Below are positions 46,911 to 55,588 of a DNA stretch of 64,000 bases, piece by piece. The translations under genes and the position numbers were made by a program. The stretch comes from an uncultured virus (IMG/VR IMGVR_UViG_3300046520_000318). Its lineage: Duplodnaviria > Heunggongvirae > Uroviricota > Caudoviricetes. Position 1 is the first letter of the stretch; each line of letters opens with the position of its first letter. Below the pieces are notes generated by a model, which saw nothing but the letters and a program-made list of their open reading frames with translations, ran no database searches and was not told the origin of the DNA. The stretch lies in the IMG/VR virus record IMGVR_UViG_3300046520_000318. One strand, written 5' to 3'.

Positions 46911-47135
46911 ATGCGAGATGTAACAGTGAAGTTCGCGTATAAGGCAGGATTCAGGCGTGCATGGGCGATCATCTCGATTATATGGTTGGTGCTGGTCCTT
47001 TTCATGACTACCAGATTTGCCTCGGTCGACTGGCTGGAGGTAGCGATGATAGGCGTTCTGCCTGTGATTGGCCTGTACCTAGTAGGGGCCGCTTTCGTTT
47101 GGATCGTTGAAGGTTTCGCTAAGCCTGACAGATAA
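46911..47135 (+). CDS. Small two-TM membrane protein (moron)
   Basis: Two hydrophobic segments; GAGG RBS. Confidence 0.6.
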   Translation: MRDVTVKFAYKAGFRRAWAIISIIWLVLVLFMTTRFASVDWLEVAMIGVLPVIGLYLVGAAFVWIVEGFAKPDR

Positions 47136-47236
47136 ACTGCCAGCACACTCAAGCTAAACGAATTCATGCCGATGTAACGTTAACCAGTGCTGCCCACCTT
47201 GGCGCAGCAGCGTTACCACTCGACAAGGATCCGGTC

Positions 47237-47521
47237 GTGAAGCTCATCATTCCGCTGTTTCTTGCCCTGGCGTGCGCAGACGCCTTTTCCGGCACGCTTA
47301 CCATCGTCCCAGATAGCACCAGTACAATGGGAATCAAGCAGCAGAGCCGCGATGCTGCTGCATCGGCGCGCGCCGCACGACAGGCGCGAATAGCCGCAGG
47401 GGTTGAGCGGCCCCCTTCTGTAATCATCATCAAGCAGGCACCTCAATATCAGCCGCCGCCAAAAACCAATTTCAACTGCCGATCCTATGGCTATCAGAAC
47501 AGTCAGATATCTTGTTACTAG
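47237..47521 (+). CDS. Small exported protein (moron)
   Basis: Signal-peptide-like N-terminus; C-terminal Cys pair. Confidence 0.55.
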   Translation: MKLIIPLFLALACADAFSGTLTIVPDSTSTMGIKQQSRDAAASARAARQARIAAGVERPPSVIIIKQAPQYQPPPKTNFNCRSYGYQNSQISCY

Positions 47522-47755
47522 GTTTGCGCCTTCCGGAGGCTGGTCGTAAGCTTTCGCCTACAGGAAAAAAGGGATTTTCTGCTACCAGTCGTCGGAACCT
47601 GTCATGCGCCACGTTCTAGAAATCATGTTTTCGTGGCGCAAGCTGATAAATGATATAGGTTGATCCTTGTAGACCGTTAATAACGGTAATGGGAACGCCC
47701 TATCAGAGCCCATGTCCTACCCTATACAGGACCAGCGCCCATCGAGGGCAACGCC

Positions 47756-47935
47756 ATGAAGATTCACGATTACATCCCACCTAAGCACGATACAGGTCCG
47801 GAAGAGGTCAATTTCGACTTGTCCCGGATGAAGACAGCCCTCAATGGCGAACGATTCGCCATGCCTGAGAATTTGCCGCGCGAAGACTTTCGTGCATGGA
47901 TGCGCGAGAACGCCGATAAATGCCGTGCCAAGTAG
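47756..47935 (+). CDS. Putative antitoxin (59 aa); not in the ORF track
   Basis: MKIHDY...VNFDLSRMKTAL...; GAGGG RBS; overlaps the next gene by 16 nt. Confidence 0.6.
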   Translation: MKIHDYIPPKHDTGPEEVNFDLSRMKTALNGERFAMPENLPREDFRAWMRENADKCRAK

Positions 47936-48312
47936 ACTTTAGCGCTCCCTTCCTTCTACTTTTCGATAATCTCTCCCAGGACGAACAGGAGTTGATTGGC
48001 GAATTTGTGTTTCATTTCCACCAAAACGGCCTCAAGGGCTTTCGTGGCAAGTTTGGGCCGACAGACAACGTCCCGCACAACGACCCAGACCGAGCTGCAA
48101 AAATCTACTTCGCCAAGCGCAATGACTTATGGCATGTCCACGTTGGTCATCCTCGCTGGAACCCGTGCAAGAACCCGATGGCGAGTTACCTCACGTCTGA
48201 TTACGTCGTTCACTTTCAACGCTTTTCGGCTACCCATATCGCGCTTGTCGATTACAACTCGCACAATCCAATGAAGCAGCCATCGAGAGCTTCACTGTTT
48301 CGTCAACGTTAG
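47920..48312 (+). CDS. Putative RNase toxin (YafO/RelE-like, LWHVH motif)
   Basis: GK..P.DNVP...LWHVHVG...TSDYVVHF; small bicistron. Confidence 0.55.
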   Translation: MPCQVDFSAPFLLLFDNLSQDEQELIGEFVFHFHQNGLKGFRGKFGPTDNVPHNDPDRAAKIYFAKRNDLWHVHVGHPRWNPCKNPMASYLTSDYVVHFQRFSATHIALVDYNSHNPMKQPSRASLFRQR

Positions 48313-48323
48313 CTCGTAGCCGC

Positions 48324-48351
48324 TTCCCCTCTCAATCCAGTCACATACGCT
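48324..48351 (+). promoter_or_regulatory. CAGTCACA promoter-like element before the fibre module
   Basis: TTCCCC-tctcaatcCAGTCACA-TACGCT. Confidence 0.7.
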
Positions 48352-48375
48352 CACCGGAAATCGCAGGAGATTTCC

Positions 48376-48981
48376 ATGGGCGCCCCCGTCGTCGACATCA
48401 ACATCGTCAAGGGCAAGACTTTCGAGTTCATGTATCGGTACGCCGACCATGACCTGGTCTACAAGCCCATCCTGGCAATGCCAAGCACTGCTCCGGTGCG
48501 CCTCGCCATTTCAGATCATGGTATCCCTGACGGGTGGCCGATCAGGATTGAGGGCGTTCGTCAGCCTTACGAACTGAACAGCGATGACGACGCTTATTAC
48601 ATCGCGACAGCCATAGACCCGAGCACGATCGAGCTGAACACGGTCCGGGCGGATGAGTGGCGACCATATACCTCCGGCGGTTCAGTCATTTTCAACAACC
48701 CCTTCGACCTCACCGGTTGCTCAGCACGGATGCAGATCCGCGATCGTGTCGACGGGACCATTTTGCTGACGCTGAATTCTGACCCTTCAACCGCGCCTGA
48801 CGGCGAAATTGAAGTCGATTTCAATCTGGCCTCGCTGATTGTCCGGCTTTCCCCGGCCGTCACCGCCGGCATCACCTGGTCGCGCGGCGTCTATGACCTC
48901 GAATTGATCACGCCTGACGGAAACGTCTATCCGGTTACTGACGTCAGCAAGGTCACGATCGGCGCCGAGGTAACGCGATGA
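48376..48981 (+). CDS. Tail fibre adaptor/baseplate-like protein
   Basis: PFDLTGCSARMQIR...GVYDLEL BppU-like pattern. Confidence 0.6.
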   Translation: MGAPVVDINIVKGKTFEFMYRYADHDLVYKPILAMPSTAPVRLAISDHGIPDGWPIRIEGVRQPYELNSDDDAYYIATAIDPSTIELNTVRADEWRPYTSGGSVIFNNPFDLTGCSARMQIRDRVDGTILLTLNSDPSTAPDGEIEVDFNLASLIVRLSPAVTAGITWSRGVYDLELITPDGNVYPVTDVSKVTIGAEVTR

Positions 48982-49292
48982 ATTCGGCGTTCGTAGTCCG
49001 CGGGGAGGACGGCTGCCTGATCCGTCGCGAGTACGGCGGCGGCTTCACGGTCATGGCAGGGCAGCGCGGGGCACCAGGAAAATCTGGCGCTGGTGCCAGC
49101 TCAACCTTCGTCTGGCCGCAGAACATACCTCTCACGACCTGGACTATTCCGCACAACCTTGATCGGTTCCCGTCGGTGACCGTGACCGATGGGCAGGGGA
49201 GGCAGGTCGAGCCAGACATCACCTACGTCAGCAGTGACGTTGTTCAAGTAACCCACGGCATCCCGTTCGCGGGCGTGGCGTATCTAAATTGA
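48978..49292 (+). CDS. Small fibre-associated protein
   Basis: Short Gly-X-Y stretch; WTIPHNL.RFPSV.V. Confidence 0.6.
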   Translation: MNSAFVVRGEDGCLIRREYGGGFTVMAGQRGAPGKSGAGASSTFVWPQNIPLTTWTIPHNLDRFPSVTVTDGQGRQVEPDITYVSSDVVQVTHGIPFAGVAYLN

Positions 49293-49302
49293 GGCGGCAC
49301 GC

Positions 49303-50025
49303 ATGAAAATCACAAACCAGTTTGATGCCAGTGGGTTCAAGCTTGTAAATCTGGCTGACGGGACGAACCCTCAAGACGCAGCCACGGTTGCTCAGCTCAA
49401 CGCTGCAGTGCAGGGCTACTCATGGAAGCAGCCTGTAAGAGTTGCCACGACTGCGAATATCACGCTTTCTGGCGCACAGACTATCGACGGCGTCAGCGTC
49501 GTGGCTGGCGATCGGGTGCTGGTCAAAAACCAAACGGCCGGTGCCGCGAACGGCATTTACGTCGCAGCTACTGGCGCTTGGACTCGTTCGACTGACTTCG
49601 ATACCGGCGCAGAGGCCTTGGGGGCAGCAACCTTTGTCAGCGAAGGCACGGCTCAAGGAAACCAGGTCTGGCTGAACGGTACTGATGGCCCGATCACCAT
49701 CGGGACCACTGCGCTGGTATTTGTCCAGGTCGGCGGCGGATCCTCGTATAGCGCCGGCAACGGGATCATCATTTCCGGTGGTGTTATTTCTGCGGATCCC
49801 GCTGTTGTCGCCCGCAAAGCCAGCGCCACCATCGGCGACGGCACCGCCACCACACTTACCATCACTCACGGCCTAAACACTCAGGACGTTGCAGTCAGCG
49901 TGAAAGAGGTGAGCACGAACGCAGGCGTAATCGCCGATTGGGTGGCAAATGGTGTGAATACGGTGCAATTGACCTTCGGCACCGCGCCTACGACCGGGCA
50001 GTACCGCGTAACGGTAGTTGCTTAA
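49303..50025 (+). CDS. Tail fibre protein
   Basis: VRVATTANITLSGAQTIDGV...GDRVLVKNQT..NGIYV; DAAT motif. Confidence 0.75.
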   Translation: MKITNQFDASGFKLVNLADGTNPQDAATVAQLNAAVQGYSWKQPVRVATTANITLSGAQTIDGVSVVAGDRVLVKNQTAGAANGIYVAATGAWTRSTDFDTGAEALGAATFVSEGTAQGNQVWLNGTDGPITIGTTALVFVQVGGGSSYSAGNGIIISGGVISADPAVVARKASATIGDGTATTLTITHGLNTQDVAVSVKEVSTNAGVIADWVANGVNTVQLTFGTAPTTGQYRVTVVA

Positions 50026-51351
50026 ATGAAGCATGTCGGGGTCAGGTCCAGTCCGAAGGACATAGTCAGCCAAGAGCAGCTTTCCGCTGCTGGCGACTTC
50101 CTGAAGAACGGCACCGTGCAGATGACCGGTGCGTTCAACGAGGCAAACCCCGGGAGTGCCTCGGTAAGCGCTGCCGACGGAGTGATCAACGGCACCAGTG
50201 TCGCCGGGTCGAACACGATCACGGTAGTTGGCGATGGGCCGCTGACTGGGATGGCGGCTGCAGCGGTCGGCGCCACACGCCTGTTAAAGTTCGGCGCCGC
50301 GATGCAGATCACTCAGAGCCTGAACTTCCAGTTGCTGACTGGCGCATCCATTCAGGCGCGAGTCAACGACACTGCGGTAATGCAGTCAGTAGGTTCAGCC
50401 CAGTGGCAGATGATCGATTATCAGCGGGGCGACGGCACTCCGTTGGTATCAGTGGCTACCCCAGACAACACCAAGCTTCCCCTTGCTGGCGGCACGATGA
50501 CGGGCGCATTCAACGAGAATTACGGCTCGGCCAACATCGACGGCGGCGGGAAACTGGTCTTCACAGACTGCAACGTGGCGTTCGTAAGCGGCAGCGTCGG
50601 TCAGCAGATCAACGGCATAACCGATGCCAAGGTCACAGCGGCCGGGGCCACCCGCCGGGTTACCTTCGTCAGCCCAGGAATCATCCTCGTACACAGCAAC
50701 AACTTCGTTCTGCCCACGCAGGCGAACATCACCGTGCAGAACGGTGACTCAGTTGTTCTGCAAGCTGACGCAGCTGCAAACGCATGGCGGGTGATCAACT
50801 ATGAACGCGCAGACGGTACCGCGCTGGTAGCGCCGGCAGGGTTCACGCAGGCGCAGGTCCGCTCAACGCCGATGACCGGGCTGAGCACCGCGACAAATTC
50901 GGCGGTGTTAGCGACCGACACTCTTCTGGTGGCGATAGGTAAGCTCCAAGGCCAGCTGAACACCGGCGTATTCCGTGCAGAGACAATCCCCACAACGTCG
51001 GTTGGCCAGACCTCCTACGCGGTACCGAATGGCTACACCGCCGGATCGATAGTCGCATTCTTCAACGGTGTGCTGCTGGCCCCAGCGGATTACACCGCAA
51101 CAGACGGCACCAACATCGTTCTGGCCTCTGGAGCACTGACAACCAGCGACATCATGTCCGTTCTGGTAATCGGATCAGTCCGCGCCCAGGACGATGCCCT
51201 CCTGCAATACACAGTCGCAGCCTTGCCTGCAGCCTCTGCCAATGCATTCAAGCAGCGCTGGTGCACGAACATGGCCGGCGGGGCAGGCGTGGTGGTGAGC
51301 AACGGCACGAACTGGCTACGCGTAGCCGACAACACGGTGGTGACCACGTAA
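50026..51351 (+). CDS. Tail fibre protein with two internal domain repeats
   Basis: MTGAFNE...Y.R.DGT.LV occurs twice; LPLAGGTMTG fibre motif. Confidence 0.72.
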   Translation: MKHVGVRSSPKDIVSQEQLSAAGDFLKNGTVQMTGAFNEANPGSASVSAADGVINGTSVAGSNTITVVGDGPLTGMAAAAVGATRLLKFGAAMQITQSLNFQLLTGASIQARVNDTAVMQSVGSAQWQMIDYQRGDGTPLVSVATPDNTKLPLAGGTMTGAFNENYGSANIDGGGKLVFTDCNVAFVSGSVGQQINGITDAKVTAAGATRRVTFVSPGIILVHSNNFVLPTQANITVQNGDSVVLQADAAANAWRVINYERADGTALVAPAGFTQAQVRSTPMTGLSTATNSAVLATDTLLVAIGKLQGQLNTGVFRAETIPTTSVGQTSYAVPNGYTAGSIVAFFNGVLLAPADYTATDGTNIVLASGALTTSDIMSVLVIGSVRAQDDALLQYTVAALPAASANAFKQRWCTNMAGGAGVVVSNGTNWLRVADNTVVTT

Positions 51352-52061
51352 TGGCCTACAACGTAAACGACGCAAGGATTGTCGGACTCAAGCTGAGCGT
51401 GGCCTCTGATGGAGTGACTGTAGGTCTCAGCCCGGGCGCGGCATACATACCGAACCAAGGCAGAGCTCTGTCGCAGACTGACATGAGCGTTGTGGTGAGC
51501 GGCGTGACCAGCGCTTGGCGCCACTTCTACCTGGCCAACGACAACGGTGTGCTGGCGTTCGAATACTCAGCCACTGCCCCGGCAGATCCCTACCAAGGCA
51601 CGGCCCGGACGAAATCCAACGATCCGACCCGCCGTTATCTCGGATCGCTGTATTTCAACGCCAGCGGGACGACTCTCGCCTTCCTGCACAGCCAGGTCGG
51701 CGATCGGGCCAACCGCATCAGCTTCGTGCCGCCCGGTGGAGCCGCAATTGCGCAATCGCGCTTGCTCAACATCGCGACCGGCACCACGCCGACTTTGGTT
51801 GACGCATCAGCCGTCGTCCCCATGACATGCCGCCTGATGTACACCCTGATCAACAACACATCGACCAGTGACGCGTATATCGGCACACCCGACAACGGAA
51901 CGCTGTCGACCACGAACTACCTGCTTTTCGTGAAGGCGAATCAAGCAGGCCAGTTCGACGTGGAAGTGAACGGCAATCAGCTGCTCAACTACTTCCTCAA
52001 CGGAATTATCACGCTCGGCGGCCTGACCATTCAGGTGCGCGGCTATTTGTTCGACAGGTGA
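51351..52061 (+). CDS. Tail fibre-associated protein
   Basis: 236 aa, beta-rich, coupled to neighbours. Confidence 0.55.
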   Translation: MAYNVNDARIVGLKLSVASDGVTVGLSPGAAYIPNQGRALSQTDMSVVVSGVTSAWRHFYLANDNGVLAFEYSATAPADPYQGTARTKSNDPTRRYLGSLYFNASGTTLAFLHSQVGDRANRISFVPPGGAAIAQSRLLNIATGTTPTLVDASAVVPMTCRLMYTLINNTSTSDAYIGTPDNGTLSTTNYLLFVKANQAGQFDVEVNGNQLLNYFLNGIITLGGLTIQVRGYLFDR

Positions 52062-52064
52062 TTT

Positions 52065-53087
52065 ATGACGGTCAATAGAGACCTCGGGAAGTTGACGCCG
52101 ATCCCGTCGGTAGCGGGGCAGTTCGTCTGGGATCAAGCATCCAGCTCCTGGACCCAAGTGACGAAGTCTATGGTCGGCCTAGGTCAGGCTGAAAATATCA
52201 CCAGCGCTTCTATCCGCAGAAGCTGGAATGGTGGTTTTTCTAGATTTAACACAAGCCAAACCCTGACATCGGCTCAGATAGGTCGGGTTATTTGGTTCAC
52301 TGTCCCAGGGCTCACATGCACCTTGCCTGCTCCCTCCACGCTCACCGCGGGCCAGGGGTTCACGATCCGGAACGGAAACACCGGAAACCTAACAATCACC
52401 ACCCCTTCCGGTTCGCTCTATGCCGACTCAGACGCTGGTGCCGCGAGCTCAATGGTATTAGGGCCTAAAGAGTGGGTGGAATTAGGAACGGATGGTGCGA
52501 ACTGGACATTCAACCAGAGAGGCCGACTCGATCAGTCTGCGCCACTAGATACGCCAGGATTTACCGGGACGGCTTCCTTTGGCGCAGATTCTCCTATGCG
52601 GGTAGTAGGGGGCCTTGGCGCCACGCTTCAGCATGTCAAGGGGGCTACGGGCGGTCAGTTAGACATTGATGATGTGCCGTTCAGCAATACTGATCAGTCA
52701 CTATTTAGATTCAACAGGAACGTTAATACCAGTGGGAACGTACTCATTTCCTACCACAGAGGTAATGGCTCAACGAGTGTCGATCACCAGTTTAAGTGCG
52801 CCGGAAGCAACGCTGCGACAACCTCAGAAGTTCTGCTTTCTGCCGGCGGGGGTAAAGTTGCAGTTGCTGCCACCGCTGTAGATGGCACAGCAACTCTTCT
52901 GGTTGGTGGCGCGGCTCGAATAAATGGGCCCGTCCTCCCTGGGCAATACACTCTAACCACGCTTCCTTCTGCCTCGGTGTATAGCGGTTACGAAATCGAT
53001 GTTACCAACGCCACTGGCGGCCCAAAGCGTTGTCGGTCCAACGGCACCGTATGGCAAATCCTCAACACCACAACCACAGTGAGCTGA
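52065..53087 (+). CDS. Tail fibre / receptor-binding protein
   Basis: TKSMVGLGQAEN fibre motif; TCTLPA; APLDTPGFTG. Confidence 0.68.
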   Translation: MTVNRDLGKLTPIPSVAGQFVWDQASSSWTQVTKSMVGLGQAENITSASIRRSWNGGFSRFNTSQTLTSAQIGRVIWFTVPGLTCTLPAPSTLTAGQGFTIRNGNTGNLTITTPSGSLYADSDAGAASSMVLGPKEWVELGTDGANWTFNQRGRLDQSAPLDTPGFTGTASFGADSPMRVVGGLGATLQHVKGATGGQLDIDDVPFSNTDQSLFRFNRNVNTSGNVLISYHRGNGSTSVDHQFKCAGSNAATTSEVLLSAGGGKVAVAATAVDGTATLLVGGAARINGPVLPGQYTLTTLPSASVYSGYEIDVTNATGGPKRCRSNGTVWQILNTTTTVS

Positions 53088-53089
53088 TC

Positions 53090-53494
53090 ATGCCTGTCTA
53101 CAGCGAAGAAACGTTTTTCTACGAAGTCCTTCTGCGTTTTGGAGAGACTGATCCGAACAAGGGAAAGCTGACCGGCGCGAGCCTGACGCAGATTACTCAG
53201 CTCACAAGAGATGGATCTGTGCTCAATAGCACTATCAACCTGCCTGAGCAGCTGGCCCTTGTCGATGGTGAAAACGGCCAAAAACTTAGCGATGTTCTCG
53301 GCGAGGTCAACGCCAATACGATCATCGAGAACCAGAGTCTGTCGAACGCTCTGGTATCTGAGCAGGCAAGCACGGCAACACTGACCGAGCAACTGACTGC
53401 CGCACAAGCAGAGATAGAGCGGCTTACCGAGGAATTGGCCGATCAGCAATTATCGGCCGGCGCCCAAGACTCGGCCAATCAAGCGGAAATCTAA
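53090..53494 (+). CDS. Fibre assembly/chaperone-like coiled-coil protein
   Basis: Follows the last fibre gene; C-terminal coiled coil. Confidence 0.5.
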   Translation: MPVYSEETFFYEVLLRFGETDPNKGKLTGASLTQITQLTRDGSVLNSTINLPEQLALVDGENGQKLSDVLGEVNANTIIENQSLSNALVSEQASTATLTEQLTAAQAEIERLTEELADQQLSAGAQDSANQAEI

Positions 53495-53549
53495 AGGCTA
53501 GCCGGACTATTAAGTGCGCCAGCTGCAGAGGAATGAAACTCGTCGCCGT

Positions 53550-54134
53550 TTAATAGCGGCGACCATCTTCAACCTCGGCGCAAAACCCTTCAGCATGAAT
53601 GACCATCGCGCCCACATCCGCTACAAGTTGCTCCCTGCTAGTAACAACGATTCCGGTATTTTGAATAACGAACTTCACAACCTCCACCACCAGCGAGCGG
53701 CAGGATTTAGCATCCCTCTCCACTTCGTCATACTTGATTGCCCCGATTATGAATCCGTGAATCGCAGAAACCCGCGATGTGTTGAAAGCAGTTAGTCGCT
53801 GCCCGATGTCCGGTGAAAATCCGTGCTCTTTGACCTGCTCGATTAGGCGGCCAAACTCCCGCTGCCTCTTCGTCTGAGGGCTCTGATTTTCGATAAATAT
53901 CCTCAACCAAAAATCAATAATCTGTAGACGCAAAGACATCAGCTCTATATAGCATTCGCTTTCCTCTGCACGTTTTATTCTCATTCCTATTTCGTCGATA
54001 GCACTTAAGTGCTGACTAATATGCTTCTTCACGCCGGTTTGGTGTCCGTAGAAAAGGCGCCAAGTTCCCGCTTCGTCATTCTCGATCCTATGCCAGAGCT
54101 CAAGATCGGCTTGGGATGGTGATTCATTTGTCAT
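53550..54134 (-). CDS. HEPN-like moron protein (RxxxxH)
   Basis: Helical, FGRLI...RVSAIHG; opposite strand; visibly more AT-rich. Confidence 0.58.
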   Translation of the reverse strand: MTNESPSQADLELWHRIENDEAGTWRLFYGHQTGVKKHISQHLSAIDEIGMRIKRAEESECYIELMSLRLQIIDFWLRIFIENQSPQTKRQREFGRLIEQVKEHGFSPDIGQRLTAFNTSRVSAIHGFIIGAIKYDEVERDAKSCRSLVVEVVKFVIQNTGIVVTSREQLVADVGAMVIHAEGFCAEVEDGRRY

Positions 54135-54198
54135 TTCATGATTCCAGATTATCGGTATGAGTCGGTGACCATGGCTTGCGAGATTAACCGCATAACAC

Positions 54199-54226
54199 TG
54201 GACGCCGCCATCCAGTCACAGAGCCT
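54199..54226 (+). promoter_or_regulatory. Degenerate CAGTCACA element before the endolysin, overlapping a terminator-like hairpin (54222-54246)
   Basis: TGGACG-ccgccatcCAGTCACA-GAGCCT. Confidence 0.5.
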
Positions 54227-54262
54227 GCTTACGAGCGGGCTTTTTTGTGTCTGGAGACAGCA

Positions 54263-54703
54263 ATGCGAACATCTACTAAGGGTTTCGACCTCATCAAGTC
54301 AGCAGAGGGCCTGCGCCTGAATGCCTATCCTGACCCTGCAACCGGCGGAGAACCATGGACCATCGGCTACGGCACTACGCGCGGCGTGAAGCAAGGCATG
54401 CGGATCACCGTAGAGCAGGCCGACCAGTACCTTCAAGGTGACGTTGCGCGGTTCGAGCCTGAGCTCGCCAGATTGGTGAAGGTGCCGCTGACCCAAAACC
54501 AATGGGATGCGCTGATGAGCTTCGTCTACAACCTCGGATCGGCCAATCTCGCATCGTCGACTCTGCTGAAGCAGCTCAACGCTGGCGACTATGCCCGCGC
54601 CGCCGATCAGTTCCCGCGCTGGAACAAGGCCGCTGGAAAGGAAATGCCCGGACTGACCAAGCGCCGCGCCGCCGAACAAGCATTGTTCCTGAGCAAAGCA
54701 TGA
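54263..54703 (+). CDS. Endolysin, GH24 lysozyme
   Basis: EGLRLNAYPD...WTIGYG...ALMSFVYNLG...GLTKRRAAE. Confidence 0.93.
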   Translation: MRTSTKGFDLIKSAEGLRLNAYPDPATGGEPWTIGYGTTRGVKQGMRITVEQADQYLQGDVARFEPELARLVKVPLTQNQWDALMSFVYNLGSANLASSTLLKQLNAGDYARAADQFPRWNKAAGKEMPGLTKRRAAEQALFLSKA

Positions 54704-55203
54704 TCGCCGCCCTGAAGCTGGTCCCGGTCTGGGCGTGGTGCGTGTTCGCGCTGATCAGCGCGCTGGCGGTAGGACTCGGCTACCAAACTCTGACGCTGGC
54801 TCACGTCAGCGCCGAATACGCCGAGTACCGGGCGGACATCGACAAGAAGGCCGTCGAAGCCAGCGAGAAAGCCCGCGAAACCGAAAAGCAACGCCAACGT
54901 GACATTGACCAGGTACGCAACGATGCAGCCGATCAAAAACAGAAAGATGATGCTCTTGCTGCTCAGCAGCGTGCTGATGTTGACAGCCTGCGCGGGCAAA
55001 CCAACAAGTTGCTTGCCGATCGCGGCGCCCTCAGTACCCGCCTTGCCCAGCGAGGCAAGACAATCGCCGACCTTGCCGATCTGCTCGCCCAGTTGCGATC
55101 AGAAGCTGATGGATATGCGGGCGAACTGGCGGCAGCGCTTACAGCAAGTCGTCGGGCCGGACTTGCCTGTGAGCGCTCCTACGACTCCATGATCAAGCAA
55201 TGA
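54700..55203 (+). CDS. Rz-like inner-membrane spanin (DUF2514)
   Basis: N-terminal TM, coiled coil, AGLACERSYD. Confidence 0.85.
   Translation: MIAALKLVPVWAWCVFALISALAVGLGYQTLTLAHVSAEYAEYRADIDKKAVEASEKARETEKQRQRDIDQVRNDAADQKQKDDALAAQQRADVDSLRGQTNKLLADRGALSTRLAQRGKTIADLADLLAQLRSEADGYAGELAAALTASRRAGLACERSYDSMIKQ
54923..55192 (+). CDS. Rz1-like outer-membrane lipoprotein spanin, embedded in Rz
   Basis: Lipobox LTAC, Pro-rich, +1 frame inside Rz. Confidence 0.75.
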   Translation: MQPIKNRKMMLLLLSSVLMLTACAGKPTSCLPIAAPSVPALPSEARQSPTLPICSPSCDQKLMDMRANWRQRLQQVVGPDLPVSAPTTP

Positions 55204-55262
55204 TGTCATCTGTCGGCGGTCATCCCATACAGTATTGACCCATCCCCTGCGAGTCTCGTTAA

Positions 55263-55278
55263 CTGTACGCATGTACAG
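55263..55278. promoter_or_regulatory. LexA (SOS) box
   Basis: CTGTACGCATGTACAG; a degenerate second box CGGT-N8-ACAG lies at 55217-55232. Confidence 0.82.
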
Positions 55279-55294
55279 TATTCGAGCAGCAGCC

Positions 55295-55588
55295 ATGCAT
55301 TTCCTTGTAACCCCGCGACGGCGCCTTGGCGTGGCGCTGACTGCGAAAGAGGTCAGAGAATCCACCCCTATCAAGGGTGACGTCCAGATGAACGAATCGG
55401 GCAGCACCAGCCTTGGCCGTGTGACGGTCGAGGCGTTCATCATGAAGACAGGGGCTGGCCCCGATATTCTTCCGCGATTGCTCGACGCGAAGGTGACCGG
55501 GTTGGGAACGACCGGGTTGAACATCACGGGTGTTGAGGAAGTCGACGGGGCTTTCTATTTTCAGTCCTGGTGGTGCCGTTTTGGTTGA
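55295..55588 (+). CDS. SOS-controlled small protein
   Basis: Directly after the LexA box; ends GVEEVDG..Y.QSWWC. Confidence 0.7.
   Translation: MHFLVTPRRRLGVALTAKEVRESTPIKGDVQMNESGSTSLGRVTVEAFIMKTGAGPDILPRLLDAKVTGLGTTGLNITGVEEVDGAFYFQSWWCRFG

Noticed and set aside
48376..53494. Diversity-generating retroelement or invertible fibre cassette
   Set aside because: No reverse transcriptase, invertase or template/variable repeat pair was recognised.
23826..54226. CAGTCACA repeats as a CRISPR array or integron attC sites
   Set aside because: They are short, kilobases apart, non-palindromic and sit in a promoter-like context; no cas or integron integrase gene was seen.
23959..55203. Holin and endolysin separated by ~30 kb as a novelty
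   Set aside because: Split lysis modules are common in Pseudomonas prophages; relevant only as context for the promoter motif.
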